A program made the position numbers and the translations under genes. A stretch of 64,000 nucleotides of DNA, from assembly GCF_009914755.1 (NCBI RefSeq), contig NC_060931.1, one strand, 5' to 3'. This document shows positions 26,893 through 39,619 of this stretch, one piece after another. Source of the stretch: the human T2T-CHM13v2.0 reference genome, Homo sapiens. Below the pieces are notes generated by a model. The model searched no databases. It was not told the origin of the DNA and saw only the letters and a program-made list of their open reading frames with translations. Position 1 is the first letter of the stretch, and each line of letters opens with the position of its first letter.

Positions 26893-28889
26893 GGGTCACT
26901 TCTTACTCTTCCATCTCGTCTTCCTCCCCTCTTCTAACCCTATCCCTCTTCACATCCTAGGTTCCAGTCTTGGAAGCCTTAGTTCTCTGCTTATAATATC
27001 TATCAGCTTTTCTCTTTGTCATGTTCTTGATGAACTCCTGCTCATCATTCAAACTTAGCAAAAATATTGTTGAGAGATTATTATACACTCACTCCTCACA
27101 TTTCCATAGTAAAGAAAGGGAGCATCCTCTGCACCTACCAGGAGGAGGCAATATTGATTAAGAACATTTTTAATCCCTCCTGTTCCATAAGGAAAATAGA
27201 TCGACACACGGCCATGAACAAGACTGTCCTAGCCTTTATGGAAATGTTTAGTTTAGTTTAGGATCTATTTGTCTGGTGTATGCATGGTTTCTGCTACTCT
27301 TTATGGCTTCGCACACACAAAAATCATGTCTGGGTCAGGATCAAGGGCCTGCCTTTGCAAAGCAAATCTAGAAGGCTGTCTTTCTATATCCCAGTTCTCT
27401 GAGTTCCATGAGGGCAAGCATGGAAAAGCATGTGTCACAGACCAGGTTGGTATCACTTTGCAAATCCTATTTTACCTATTGGGTGGAAGCCAAGGTCAAA
27501 TATTGGGAAAGTGGAGTAGGAAGGCTAATTTTGGCCACAGTTCTAAGCCATGATACAAACTTTATTTAGCAAATTGGTTATTAATTTGATCTCTTTCTGA
27601 CTTCCTCCACTCATGGAGTGTGTTACTTACCATTTAATAATAATGCTATAAATGAATGACTGGTATTGGATGAATTTACTGGATGAATAAATAAATGACA
27701 GGTGTTGATCGCTTCCAATATTTCAGGGTAGCTTGAGAGAAAACACTTAGAGGGAGCTTTTCTGATTTTCCAGCTGAATTTTCTAAAAATCATAAGCAAT
27801 CCATTAATAATACTAATCTGATAGAATTGAATAAAGAAATCATTTTCTCATGCTCCCTGTTTCCTTTCCTCTTAGCATGGACCCAGCAAGCAGTTTCTTC
27901 CATAATCAAAGGACCTTAGCTACTTGATAAACTGTCTCCAGCTAGCTTGCTTTACTAGAGCTTACCAGATGCTGGGTTTGCCGATTTCTTTAAATGCTAC
28001 AGTTACATATATATCAATAACTTTCCTATAGTTCCAAATAAATCACCCACATTTATCACAAAACAATTACTTTCAGTAAGAACTTGGGACTGCCAAATAG
28101 AAACAAATTTTTAAAAACCTCAGTACATCAAAAATAAAGCAGACAAATCTATTTTATGATAACATAGGAATAGCACTTATTTATCCTTGACAATAGAGAA
28201 TTTAAAGCAGAACCATTATGCAGCTTTGCTGTTCCCTTTTATAAACGATAAACATTCAACAAGACTTTATGGTCTTTACTGTGTTTTGAGCATGATTGCA
28301 GACTTTCAGCTAAAAGATAATCAGAACCTAAATTTGAAGTTGAGCTGTAAACCATGATACCATTGGAACATTTCCTCTGACCCACTCCAGATAACATTCC
28401 AACATCGTGAATCACCTTGGCAGTGTTTTGACTGTTGCCTTTCTCAATTGCATTCCCAGCAGAAAATGCTTTTATTTGACCAATTCAATCTTTTCAACTT
28501 TCACTTACCAACAATAGCTGATTGCTGTTGTCAAAAAAACCATGTCATAATAACAATGCACTAAACTCTTAACCTGCATGTTAGCTGCATATGAAGAGCT
28601 GTTGGAATTGAAGCAATCCTGCTGTGGATATAAGGGTTGGAAACATCATCTTGTTAGCTCTCCTTTCTCTTTCAGAAATTAATATTATCTGTTACATTTT
28701 TAGCTGAGGCATCATCTTGGGAGGGGGTTAGCTGCAAAAGTAGTAATCTACATTTTCACCAATATTTAACTATTGGTAGAGAATTTTAGACTTCACAGAT
28801 TAAGAGTCTTTGTGAAATGATGAAACAAACTTTTATGTGCTTTTGAAGACACATGGAACGTAATTTCTATTCTTAGCAACAGTATTAAT

Positions 28890-29130
28890 TATTATGATAG
28901 GAATTGCATTTTAGTACCTAATTTTCTGGGCACTGTCTTGGGTGCATTATCTAATCTGATTCTCATAACAACTCTGTCAAATAGGAATTATTATTTACAG
29001 ATGATAAAATAATTCTGTGGAAAAAAAATTCTCCTTTTCATACAGCCAATAAGTGTAAAGATTACAGATTAAAAGATTAAATACTGTGTTTGAATTACTA
29101 CCCTTTGCCTGAACACTTTCCATAGCTATT
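28890..29130 (-). mobile_element. MIR fragment
   Basis: gggcactgtc..attctcataacaactctgtcaaataggaattattatttacagatgataaaat. Confidence 0.65.
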
Positions 29131-29566
29131 TTTTCCTCTAAACATTTCTGGCATCAGGACTTAGATCACTCTTCCCTGTACTGAAATGCAGTAAGACTTC
29201 CAGGATTTGGAGCGAGAAAAACCTCAAGGACTAGTGTATGAATGACCAAAAAGAATACTTTAGGAAAAATGGTTAGTTACTTCTGGATTTACTGAGCTTG
29301 GCATGAGATACCCTCTCCTAGTGCTAGTTACTCTCAAGATGCATCCCAATTTTCCATTTGGAAAACATAGCTTCCATAATAATAGCCCTAGCATACTCAA
29401 TGAATTTGTTGAACAGAAGTGCATCCATTTTTAGCAGAGGTACTTCAGCAGATATTTTGGGGTATGTTTTGTGGGGGCTATTTGTAGTTCCATACGTTAT
29501 GCTGTGTAGGTGGCTATCAATTCTGCTGCTTGGTAATCTTGGCCCCAAAGTTATACTGTTTCTAAG

Positions 29567-29602
29567 AAAAACAAACAAACAAACAAACAAACAAACAAAA
29601 AA
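29567..29602. repeat. (AAAC)n simple repeat
   Basis: Read directly. Confidence 0.9.
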
Positions 29603-30393
29603 CCTTGGACCTTCTGGAGAGTACAAAGAGCAGTATTCTGGTTCCGGTTCCCCAGAAGTGGGAGAAACCAAGTAAGAAAAGAACCCTGCTGAAAGGACTG
29701 GTGCATAATCAGGTAAAAGTCTTTGACAGCAGGGACTTACACTTACACATGAGGATACAAGATAGGAATCCACTTACAGGAACCAGAGCCCCAAATCAGA
29801 TTGGAATAGCAAAGGGTTGAGCTTCTGAGTTATAGGATTAGGCTTCTTAAATTCTAGATTTGTGACGAGATTGGTTCCAGAGTTGTTGGATGAACAGGTA
29901 GGAGGAGTTAAGTAATCAAAGCCAACAGTTAGAAGAGTCAGGCCAGCAAGCAGATAGCTGAGCAGAAAAGCACGAGTGTGTTTACATTTTCTGATTCTTT
30001 GATACTGTGGGAAATAGGTCATTTCCAACTGTAGATTTAGGAAACAGTATCCCCTCTCCACTCGTTTCTCCCCTTCCCAAGCTTTTTACCTTTACATATA
30101 AATATGTTGTTATTATTCAAGAAGTGGGCCAAATTTAGCTCTTTTGATGAGTGTGTTTTTATACTTTGTTTCTCTTTGAACTATAAAAAAGGAAAAGAAC
30201 AAAAGAAGGTGTTTAAGGATTTATTTCTGTATGTGTGTGCTGGTATGTCACCCAGAAATGGAATCGATTTATTGTGTTATCTAAAATTGGCTTTAAAAAT
30301 AAAGCTTCTTTGTATTTTCATAAATTAAGATTGTAAGCTAGGTGTTCTGAAATGTCCCTTCTTCATAGTCATCTTTATGTCATCATATTATAA

Positions 30394-30566
30394 CAGTGGT
30401 TCTCAATCTTAGTTGCACACTAGAAACTCTTAGAGATTCTAGTGGAAAAATCCCAATCCCAGGCCACACCCCAAGCCAATTATAATGAAATTACTGGGGA
30501 TGGGACTCAGACAACAGTATTTTTTAAAACTCCCCAGGTGATTTCCAAATAAAGCCAAGGGTGAGT
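30394..30566. mobile_element. MER5A hAT MITE
   Basis: cagtggttctcaatctt..cccaggccacacccc..ttttttaaaactccccaggtgatttc. Confidence 0.85.
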
Positions 30567-30713
30567 GAAATGCTTTACACAATCATCATCATTTTCCAAC
30601 AACAGCAACACATAATTTTATTTGATGTTTAATTTTGGAAGGTAGATGACACACCAGGAAAATTTCTTAAAATGAATATCTGCTTCGTTGCTCCTTGCAG
30701 TCTAGAATTTTAG

Positions 30714-30852
30714 CATTCACTTCTTCCTTTATTCAATAATAAACATATTCGGTAAATATTGATCAAAGGCTAGATGCTGTGCAGAATGCTAAAGATACAG
30801 AGGTAAACAAACTAGAAATAACTCTGACCTCACAGAATTTCAGTGTAGCAGA
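30714..30852 (-). mobile_element. L2 3' end fragment
   Basis: cattcac..tagatgctgtgcagaatgctaaagatacagaggtaaacaa..ctctgacctcacagaattt. Confidence 0.65.
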
Positions 30853-31223
30853 ATAGAAAAAAAACAGAGGGTGTCATCAGCTAGTTTTCAACATTTGTGA
30901 TCCAAGATGCATATTTTAAAATTTCCAAGCTATATTTCTGATATTGTTTAAAAACCACCCACCATCACCAACAACCAAAAAGTCTCCTTCTGTCTAATAC
31001 ATTAAATATATTCGTACCTCCTGATGAAATTCTTCAGAAAAGAAGGGAAGGTATAATATACCATATTCAATGTAGCAACAATCATGGACAAAAAATGAAT
31101 GAAACCCCAAATCCTTTGTTAGCTGACTGTATACAGTTCTATATCCTTCAACATATTATCAGTGGACATTTAGAGATGATAAAATAGTTATTTCAGCTAA
31201 AAAATATACTAGATTGATTGTAA

Positions 31224-31629
<406 letters not shown>

Positions 31630-32709
31630 TCTGGCTGAATTTTTAAAGAAGTTTTATTATGTTTCCTGGTCAAATATCATTAGCATATAATAAAGGTATC
31701 ATGTGGCATACATCTATGTCAAAATTACTGTGGGCTTTGGGGTTCCCTCACTGGGACTAATACATAGTTGAGCTAATTAGTCTTCTATTGTTCTTTTAAC
31801 AGCAAGGCCAATGAGATATTCTTACTTAGAATGGTAACATAAGAATTTTTTCTCCAGTGGTAATATTTCATAGGAGGTAGTTTTTGAACATGATATTTTA
31901 AATCGAGGTATCTTTTAATATAGTTAATTTGTAGGTAATTATAGGGCTATCTATATACATGACATACTATGAATGCTAGAACATTAATGAAAAATTATAA
32001 CAAATTTCTAGTCCCTTCCTTGAGCATTATCATGCTAAAAAAAACTATAACAATTTTGATGGTTATGGCTGATGCCCTTTTGACTGTTACAATTTTAAAA
32101 ATAACGTTAGTCAGCTGGAAAGCATATGTTAAAAAGGAATAGCTCAAGTGAAACAAATTCTTTTTGCTTTTGTCTCCAAGTGAACTGCACTGTGAACGGA
32201 CACAAAATGTGTACGCATTGCCTGAGAGAATTGCAGTATGAGATAAGGTGTATCTGTCGAGTAACTGAAAACCTTTTTCTACTAGCAGAAATATTAAAAA
32301 ATTGGAAAAACCTGTTAGTTTTTTTTAAATAAAAGTGAAACAAGTCATTTGGTTGTTTTTTTTTTTTAAAGTTTCTTTGTAGGAATATACATTTTTCATG
32401 TCAGTTGTCCTGAGGCTGGAAGGTAAATATGGTATGTGAAATGAAGTGCAACTAAAGCACTTTTTGAAGAAAAATTCAAATTTGAGAAATGAAGTTATCG
32501 TTTTTATCTTATTTGAGAAATGAAGTTACTGTTTTTATCTTATCTATCAAAATTCTTAATTACAGAATGAGAGGGTTTATGGCTTCCCTCTAGCATTACT
32601 TTTCAATGAAGCTGTTTACACTGCTTTTCAATGAAGCTATTCTAACATTATTTAGTAACCCCTCTTCCACGTTCTCCCCTTAGCTCAAAAGATTCTACTC
32701 TGTATTTTA

Positions 32710-32906
32710 TAGATATATATGTGTGTATATACATAAGTATAAATATTAGACAAGAGCATATTAGACACACACACATATATATACATATATACATATATAC
32801 ACATATATATATATGAACTCCGCCTCCTGGGTTCAATGTGTATATATATACACACATATATATAAACACACACATATATTTTATATATATATACATATAT
32901 ATATAT
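32710..32906. repeat. (TA)/(CA)/(TG) low-complexity microsatellite block
   Basis: Read directly; contains a 19-nt Alu-like snippet at 32818-32836. Confidence 0.9.
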
Positions 32907-33538
32907 GAGTAGAGACAGTTCACTGATTTCGATTTGTTAAGAAATGTTTTCATGCAATTGAGACATCAAAATATCTGTATATAATGCCAGCTTTCACTAA
33001 AGGTCACATTGTACAGTCAAATTCTGAGAGGAAATGCACAGAATAACTTCATATATTCTCTGGTTCACACAGTGGAATTTTGCTAGCTAGATTTTATATT
33101 CCTTAGGTATAAACATCTTTGATAAAAATTGTTTTTGTTTTTAGTAAAAAATGGTGTTGTCCAGGAACTTAGGGCATGTTACTTAATTTGATGATCATTA
33201 AAATATGAATAACTATCTGGAAAAAATGAATTTTGAGTATCTTGATTTAAAAAAACCCTTAAAAACAGTGCAGTAAAGTCATTCTCTTTGTTTGAAGTTG
33301 GTAATGATGTTCTGGTTTGGGTGCTTTAAATTTTTAATACTGATCTCCAACACCTGACAGATAAATTTAATGTACCTTTCTCAATTATCTCTCTGTTCAC
33401 TATTCATTTTCCTGTTCCCCTTGGCCATGTTTTCCTCTCTACTTTTCTTCCATCCTTTTTCCCCCCTAACTACCTAAATAAAGACAAAGTTAAAACTGGC
33501 TAGGAAAAACTAGATTTCTATTTCATATTTTTCTGTAA

Positions 33539-33899
<361 letters not shown>

Positions 33900-34914
33900 A
33901 GTGTCTTAAATCCAGAGAACTGACCCATTTATGTTTGAGGATGAAGTGCACATATATAGGTTTGTTTTGCTCCGTTGGAATATTGAAAAAATAACAAACT
34001 ATAATTTCTTTAGATCATAAGTACATGATTCAAATGATTACATGTGTGATGGTATAAAACTTAATTTGTAAAATTCACTTTCTAGCCACTAGAAAACTAA
34101 CTCAGAACAGTTTTCCCATTCTTGGTAGATTAGTTCCACTGCTATTTTTGTGCAAGATGACATACAATCAGTAAAGAGAAAAAATTATGTAATTTTTTGA
34201 CTTATATTTCTCCAAATGGTAGTCACTTATTACCATTATATATTCAAATATTTTAATAGAGCACATATTGTAGTTTATCTAGTTCCTTGAATTCTAAAGC
34301 ATGACTTGTATAATCACAGGTGATATGTTAATGCGAATTTTTTATTCATTTTTGCAAGAAGGCAGCCAGGACCACAAAATAATTTTATAGTTTGTCTTGA
34401 TACCTCTTATTAGCTATCTTTATTTCATCAAAATCAGCCCACTCCTTCAAAATAAAATATAAACAGAAAATGTGACATGTCAAATATTAGACATTCCAGC
34501 AGAGAATGAATCCTTTTTAATTTAACAAGGAATTAAACAATGTCAACTAATAAATTAGAGTTCACCTTTCATTAAAAATAAATCAGCTAGAATAATTTGA
34601 CAAATTGCATACTGATAATTATAAGTTATATGTTAACGTAGGTACAGAGATAAAACTTACTATCTCTAAAGCATTCATGCAAATCTCGAAAGTTGCTCTC
34701 ATATCTGGCCATCAGCACTCAATATCAACTTCCCACTAGACTCCTACTAAAAAACTCCCACTATAAAAACATGAGCTCAGTTGCCAAAAAGTGACAAAAA
34801 CACTTGCAATAACATCCGATCAGTGCTCTAATGCAATAATCCACAGAAATTCATAATGATAAGGCACACTGTATCATGTAAATTGTATTAATCACTCCAG
34901 ATTGCCATGGCACT

Positions 34915-35497
34915 CCCTTTTCTCTACCTTTTTGACTCCACCTGAAGCAGCCAACAACTCATCGGCCTTGAGAGTGGCAGGCCCTCTCTCTAGGCCACTT
35001 CTTTGCAACCAGGCTGACCAGTCTTATATACCTAGACTTTTGGTCTCCCCTGACACTCCTGGACCCAACTAAAATACGTACTACAGGTCATAGGATTTGG
35101 CATCCTGAACAGCTACCAAAGGATCCAGATGACGCAACCTGGAAGTGTGATAGGGGTAACTCACTCATGAGTAAACTGTGTCCCCTGGGAAGCAAGAGTC
35201 AAGAAAAAGCATACAAATAAATTCCACCTTCTTCCTGTATCACATGCACTGCTCCAAGAATGTTTCTTCATACAGTTCTCCTGATAGTTTCAGAATGTCT
35301 AGCAGAGATACCTGCGGAGGGACCTGTGGAGGGACTCCTGTGTGAAGTGGTAGTTGACGCTGCAATGCATCACTTTGCAGTTTTGTATTCTTCTTCACCT
35401 AACTTTTTTATGCCTCACTTTAGCTGTCCTGGGTTGATACAGTCTAAATAGTCCTTGCCTCAAGCTCTAATTTTTTGGGAATCTGGTATCAAACACA
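34915..35497 (+). mobile_element. Old ERVL LTR (LTR16/40/41 group)
   Basis: 3' end tccttgcctcaagctctaattttttgggaatctggtatcaaaca resembles ERVL LTR termini. Confidence 0.45.
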
Positions 35498-36099
35498 CAT
35501 GAATCTGGATTGAGAAAAACACAATCATTCACTCCTAATTAGATACTCCTGTCTTCATATAATAAAGCATTTAAAAAAAAAACAGGTACACCTACATCCA
35601 GATTCAAATTTTCAGAAAATGTATTCACTGGAAAAATAGGCAAACACTCTGCTTACATGGCAAGTAGGCAGAATTAGTATCCACTTTGACTATACATCTT
35701 CCTGAGAGAGAGAGGAAGAGAGAGAGCAAAGCCACGAAGATGCCTGGGCAGAAGTGGCAGTGGGTAAGAGGGTGAGAAGTGCTGTCAGCAGCACATGATA
35801 TTGAAGATGAATAATCAACATAAGTAAACCTGTAAAGATGTAAGAGAAAACATGAATAACTCTGAAGGAAGAGCATGTTGGAAATTCTAAGTTTTCATGT
35901 ACACCTTATTTTCAGAATGACAGAAACCAGAGAGTATGAACACTAAAAGATTTCATCTCACAAGACAATTTATTTGAAAGTTCTTGGAAACAAACTTATA
36001 CTGGGAACTGAGCACACAAATTTGATCCTGAGGTGTAGCTTGAAGAAAGATATTTGCCACAGAAGAAGAAAATAAGACACAAAACAATTCACACCATAT

Positions 36100-37105
36100 C
36101 TGATAGGAGACATTGTATTTGAATATAGGACACCATTTTAGGAGATCTCTTAAAAGAAAGAAATCCCAGTAACGTGAACTGAAGAAAGAGATAATGAGAA
36201 TGGCATTTGAAGACTTACATGCAGAAAATACTTCTAAAAATTATCTAATGAATGGTCGAGAAGAAAATTTCAAAAAAAATTCAGCATCTGCAATAGGTTA
36301 CAAGGAACCATGGCATTTATGAACAGCAGTTATAGGACTCATGAAGGAAAACCTGAATAATATTAAAAGGCAACAGGATTAGAGTGAAAGATAAGATGCG
36401 ATAAGGAAGAATTGAAAGAAATTAAAAGGTAATAGCAGTTCTGAGCAGAAGTGATGTTGCAGAAAAACGAATCCATGATGTAAAGAATATATTTGAATAG
36501 CTCTCCTAGTCATCAAAGGGAAGGAAAAATATATATGATAATAAGAAATAATATATATCTAAGAACAAAACTGGAAAGCCAATATATTGATAATTCTACA
36601 TCTAAAGAAGAAATTGGAACAAATGAGAAAGATGCACTATTCAATCATAAAAAATGAGAGCAAATATCCCAGCCAAAGGCAGACCATGATACAGATCGAA
36701 ATAGGGTCACTATTCCAAACCAAGCAAATGAAGATATACCCAGACTGAGCTTAATGTTCTATGTATTAAGAATAAAAATAATTCAATTATAACTCGAGGA
36801 GAACAGATTACCTGCAACATAACAAAACAGTATAGCATCCAAACTCTCCTCTACAACATTAAATTCCTGAGTATTATGAAATAATATCTAAGAAATTTTG
36901 AGCATAAAAACAATTATAACACAGGACTTTTGTAAAAAAATAAGTTGTCATTTATTAACAAAGGCAAAAGAATAACATTCTTAGATTCCAAAGCCACAAA
37001 AAAATAAAAAAAAAATATGGCACTGAAATTATGTCGATTCACTCCAATTGACCAAGAGATGAATAAAAATTAAAAGCTTTAAAATAATGAAGACATGGTG
37101 TATCA
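36100..37105 (+). mobile_element. HAL1/L1M ORF1-like relic
   Basis: A-rich coiled-coil-like region, then cagattacctgcaac..tcctctacaacattaaat..aagttgtcatt..aaaggcaaaagaataacattcttaga as in the L1 ORF1 C-terminal region. Confidence 0.6.
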
Positions 37106-37107
37106 AT

Positions 37108-37716
37108 TGTTAAGCTTATTTCTTATCCCTAAACCCAACTTTGTGTAATCTGCTTTGTGATTCTGGGGCTGGTACAATGCAAATTACATGTCTTCTTTGC
37201 CAAGTGGCTCTCCCTGGCCAAGAATACCAATAGGAGGTGCCAGAGGAGGCTGGGAGGCAGAACACAGAGAAATAACTTGCTTCTTTCTGTTTCCATATTG
37301 TTCCTGTCAGCACCTCTAGGAAACATTTCTTCACCTCAGAAAGCAGAGTTGTTTCCAGTTGCCAGCTTCTTTCCACATTCTCAGATCAGCCTCATTGTGC
37401 TACCTAGAAAGCCCTTCTTAAATGTCTGAATCCAAGACTTGCGGGGGATTCCTCCTCTGAGCAAATGGAGCATTAGTAGCAGTCAGAGATGCCATCTTCT
37501 CAGAGCTCTGCAGGTGCAGATATTAGCAACATTTATCTTTTGTTTTCCTGGCTTAAGGTTGGTTGTTGTTTCCTGCAGTTACTAACTTGTGGTGGCTCAG
37601 TGTTTTCCTTTGCTTATTTAGTCCTCCAGTGCCTAACTGCTTTTCCTATGTTAAATTCTCTTAGTTAAAATAACTAGTATTGTTTCCAAGTTTCTGATTG
37701 AACTCTGACTAATATA
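37108..37716 (+). mobile_element. ERVL LTR (LTR50/LTR33-like)
   Basis: ctgctttgtgattctggggctgg..ccaataggaggtgccagagg; ends gttaaaataactagt..ctctgactaatata. Confidence 0.6.
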
Positions 37717-38084
37717 ATACATGGGATCATGTTAGAAAGGGATTAGTTTATCGTATCTTTGATCTTGAATTTGTGCTGAAAGTGCCTCAGTCAAGACCAT
37801 CAAACCTCACCCCACCTTGCCAATGAGGAGGCCTCTGAGTGGTGGTCCCTGGGAGAGGAATGCAGACACCCACATGAGCATAGGGAGCCAGAAGCCTTGA
37901 CTAAAACTTCCTCCAAAAAATTAATGCACAGGCTTTCTACTGAGCCCAGTGTGTGAGGGGCAGTATCCCCCAGAAGGGCTGTAGTACAGAGCCTTTGTAA
38001 ATATCAATGGTTGGGCTTGAAAGATGCACACACACAGGATTTTGGCTTAGAGCCGGACTTCTGAGAGAGCCGTCCTGATCCTCC

Positions 38085-38735
38085 TGAGAGAGATGAGGGG
38101 GCCATTTGGTCTCAGATTGCTTACATTGTCCTCCTTCTATCTTGGCTGAGGCAGAGATTTGTTCCTCATTAGAATACACACTTATTTTGGATATGCATTT
38201 TTTTTCCTTGCCCACAAAGTTTCTACAAACACTATTATCCACAGGCTTATGAATGCCTTATTATTTACCATGATACAAGCAACATTGATCCTGGTCAGGG
38301 AACTCATTTCATAGCAAAATACATGTGGCAATGACTCATGTATATGGAATTCACCTAGTAATTACCATAAGCTTCTTCACGCAAAAGCAACTGACTAGTT
38401 TAATAAAATGGTCTCCCAAAGACTAAATTATGGCACAAATGGGATGGTAGCAACCTGATTTTGTGAGAGATTGATCTTAGAGTATACAGCATATACTTAG
38501 AAACAAACACCATTTGGGCTGCTGTTCTCAAGGAATAACATGGGGATCCAGGAATCAAGGGAAGTGAACATGGAAGTGGAGTTTCCCCTTGTTAAACCTT
38601 CAAACACACTTGTGGAGTTTTTGCTTCCAGTTTCCCAGTTTTGAGCTCTGCTAATTTAGAGATGTTAGCTTCAAATGGCAAAACACCGTCTAGGAAGGGA
38701 CACGGCAATGGCATTGACTAGAAGTTGAAATTAGT
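38085..38735 (+). pseudogene. Decayed ERVL (class III) integrase and dUTPase internal fragment
   Basis: 38281 translates NIDPGQGTHFIAKYMWQ* (compare ERVL IASDQGTHFTAKEVRQW); upstream decayed QVDYIGPLPSW.GQRF..IDTYSGY; downstream GSRNQG..FLLPV..SA.LE..; stops and frameshifts throughout. Confidence 0.75.
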
Positions 38736-38759
38736 AATAAGCACTAGAAGCAATTAAAG

Positions 38760-39600
38760 ATCAAAATGATTAGATTATAAATCTGGGTTTAAAACTAAAT
38801 GTAACACAGTAATTACTCTTTAATGAAAATTAATGTTATTTGAAAATATGTTATACCTGTAATCAGTACCAGAAATATTAGTAATATCATCAAAGTTTGA
38901 GTGGTGTGTATGTGTGGGGAGTTACTGGGAAGAGAGTAAAATTTTCCTAATTAAAGAAGAAAGACCCAAACATATTTTTGATGATGACAATCAAATAAAT
39001 ACATTTTAAGATGCTTTTGAGAATTCTTATATATTTGGAATGATTAAAATTAGGACGCATTCTCTAAAGATTGAAGAAAATTTAGAAAAATAAAAGGGAA
39101 TACAAGCCTCATATAAAACAAGAGAAATTATGAGCAACAAATAACTTTAAAAATTGAGAATATAAATGATTAACATAAGCAAAGGTATAGTCTCTTAAAT
39201 TATAAAAGAAATTGGATTGGACTTACCACAGAGATTATAAGATGAAATTTTAAAAATTCAATTCAATTACATGTTGTTCTTGACACATGTTAAAACCTAC
39301 ACACAAATTCAAAGTAACTTAATACTCAAAATCAACAAGGCAAGCATAATCAACAACAGAACATGAGTTGATATTATGTTAAAAGTACAATATGTTAAAT
39401 GGAACAAAAAAGTCACTTTATCTTTTGAATAAAGTAATTCAAAATTAAGACATGACTATCATTAATCATAAATACCAAGAAAATAATATATTTAATATTA
39501 ATATAGCTAAATTATTTTATATATTAGATATGACATATTCATTACATGAATAGCTACATATATATTCATATATAAAACATTTAGACATATGCGGAAAATT
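38760..39600 (+). mobile_element. Decayed L1ME-like fragments
   Basis: Strong A skew; ttcaattacatgttgttcttgacacatgttaaaac resembles the L1 endonuclease N-terminus. Confidence 0.45.
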
Positions 39601-39619
39601 AAGTACTGGAAGTAATACA

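Noticed and set aside
29324-29773. Longest ORF (149 aa, minus strand) and overlapping 105 aa plus-strand ORF
   Set aside because: Non-ATG starts, both read through an (AAAC)n repeat, no recognisable domain; length is within chance for 64 kb
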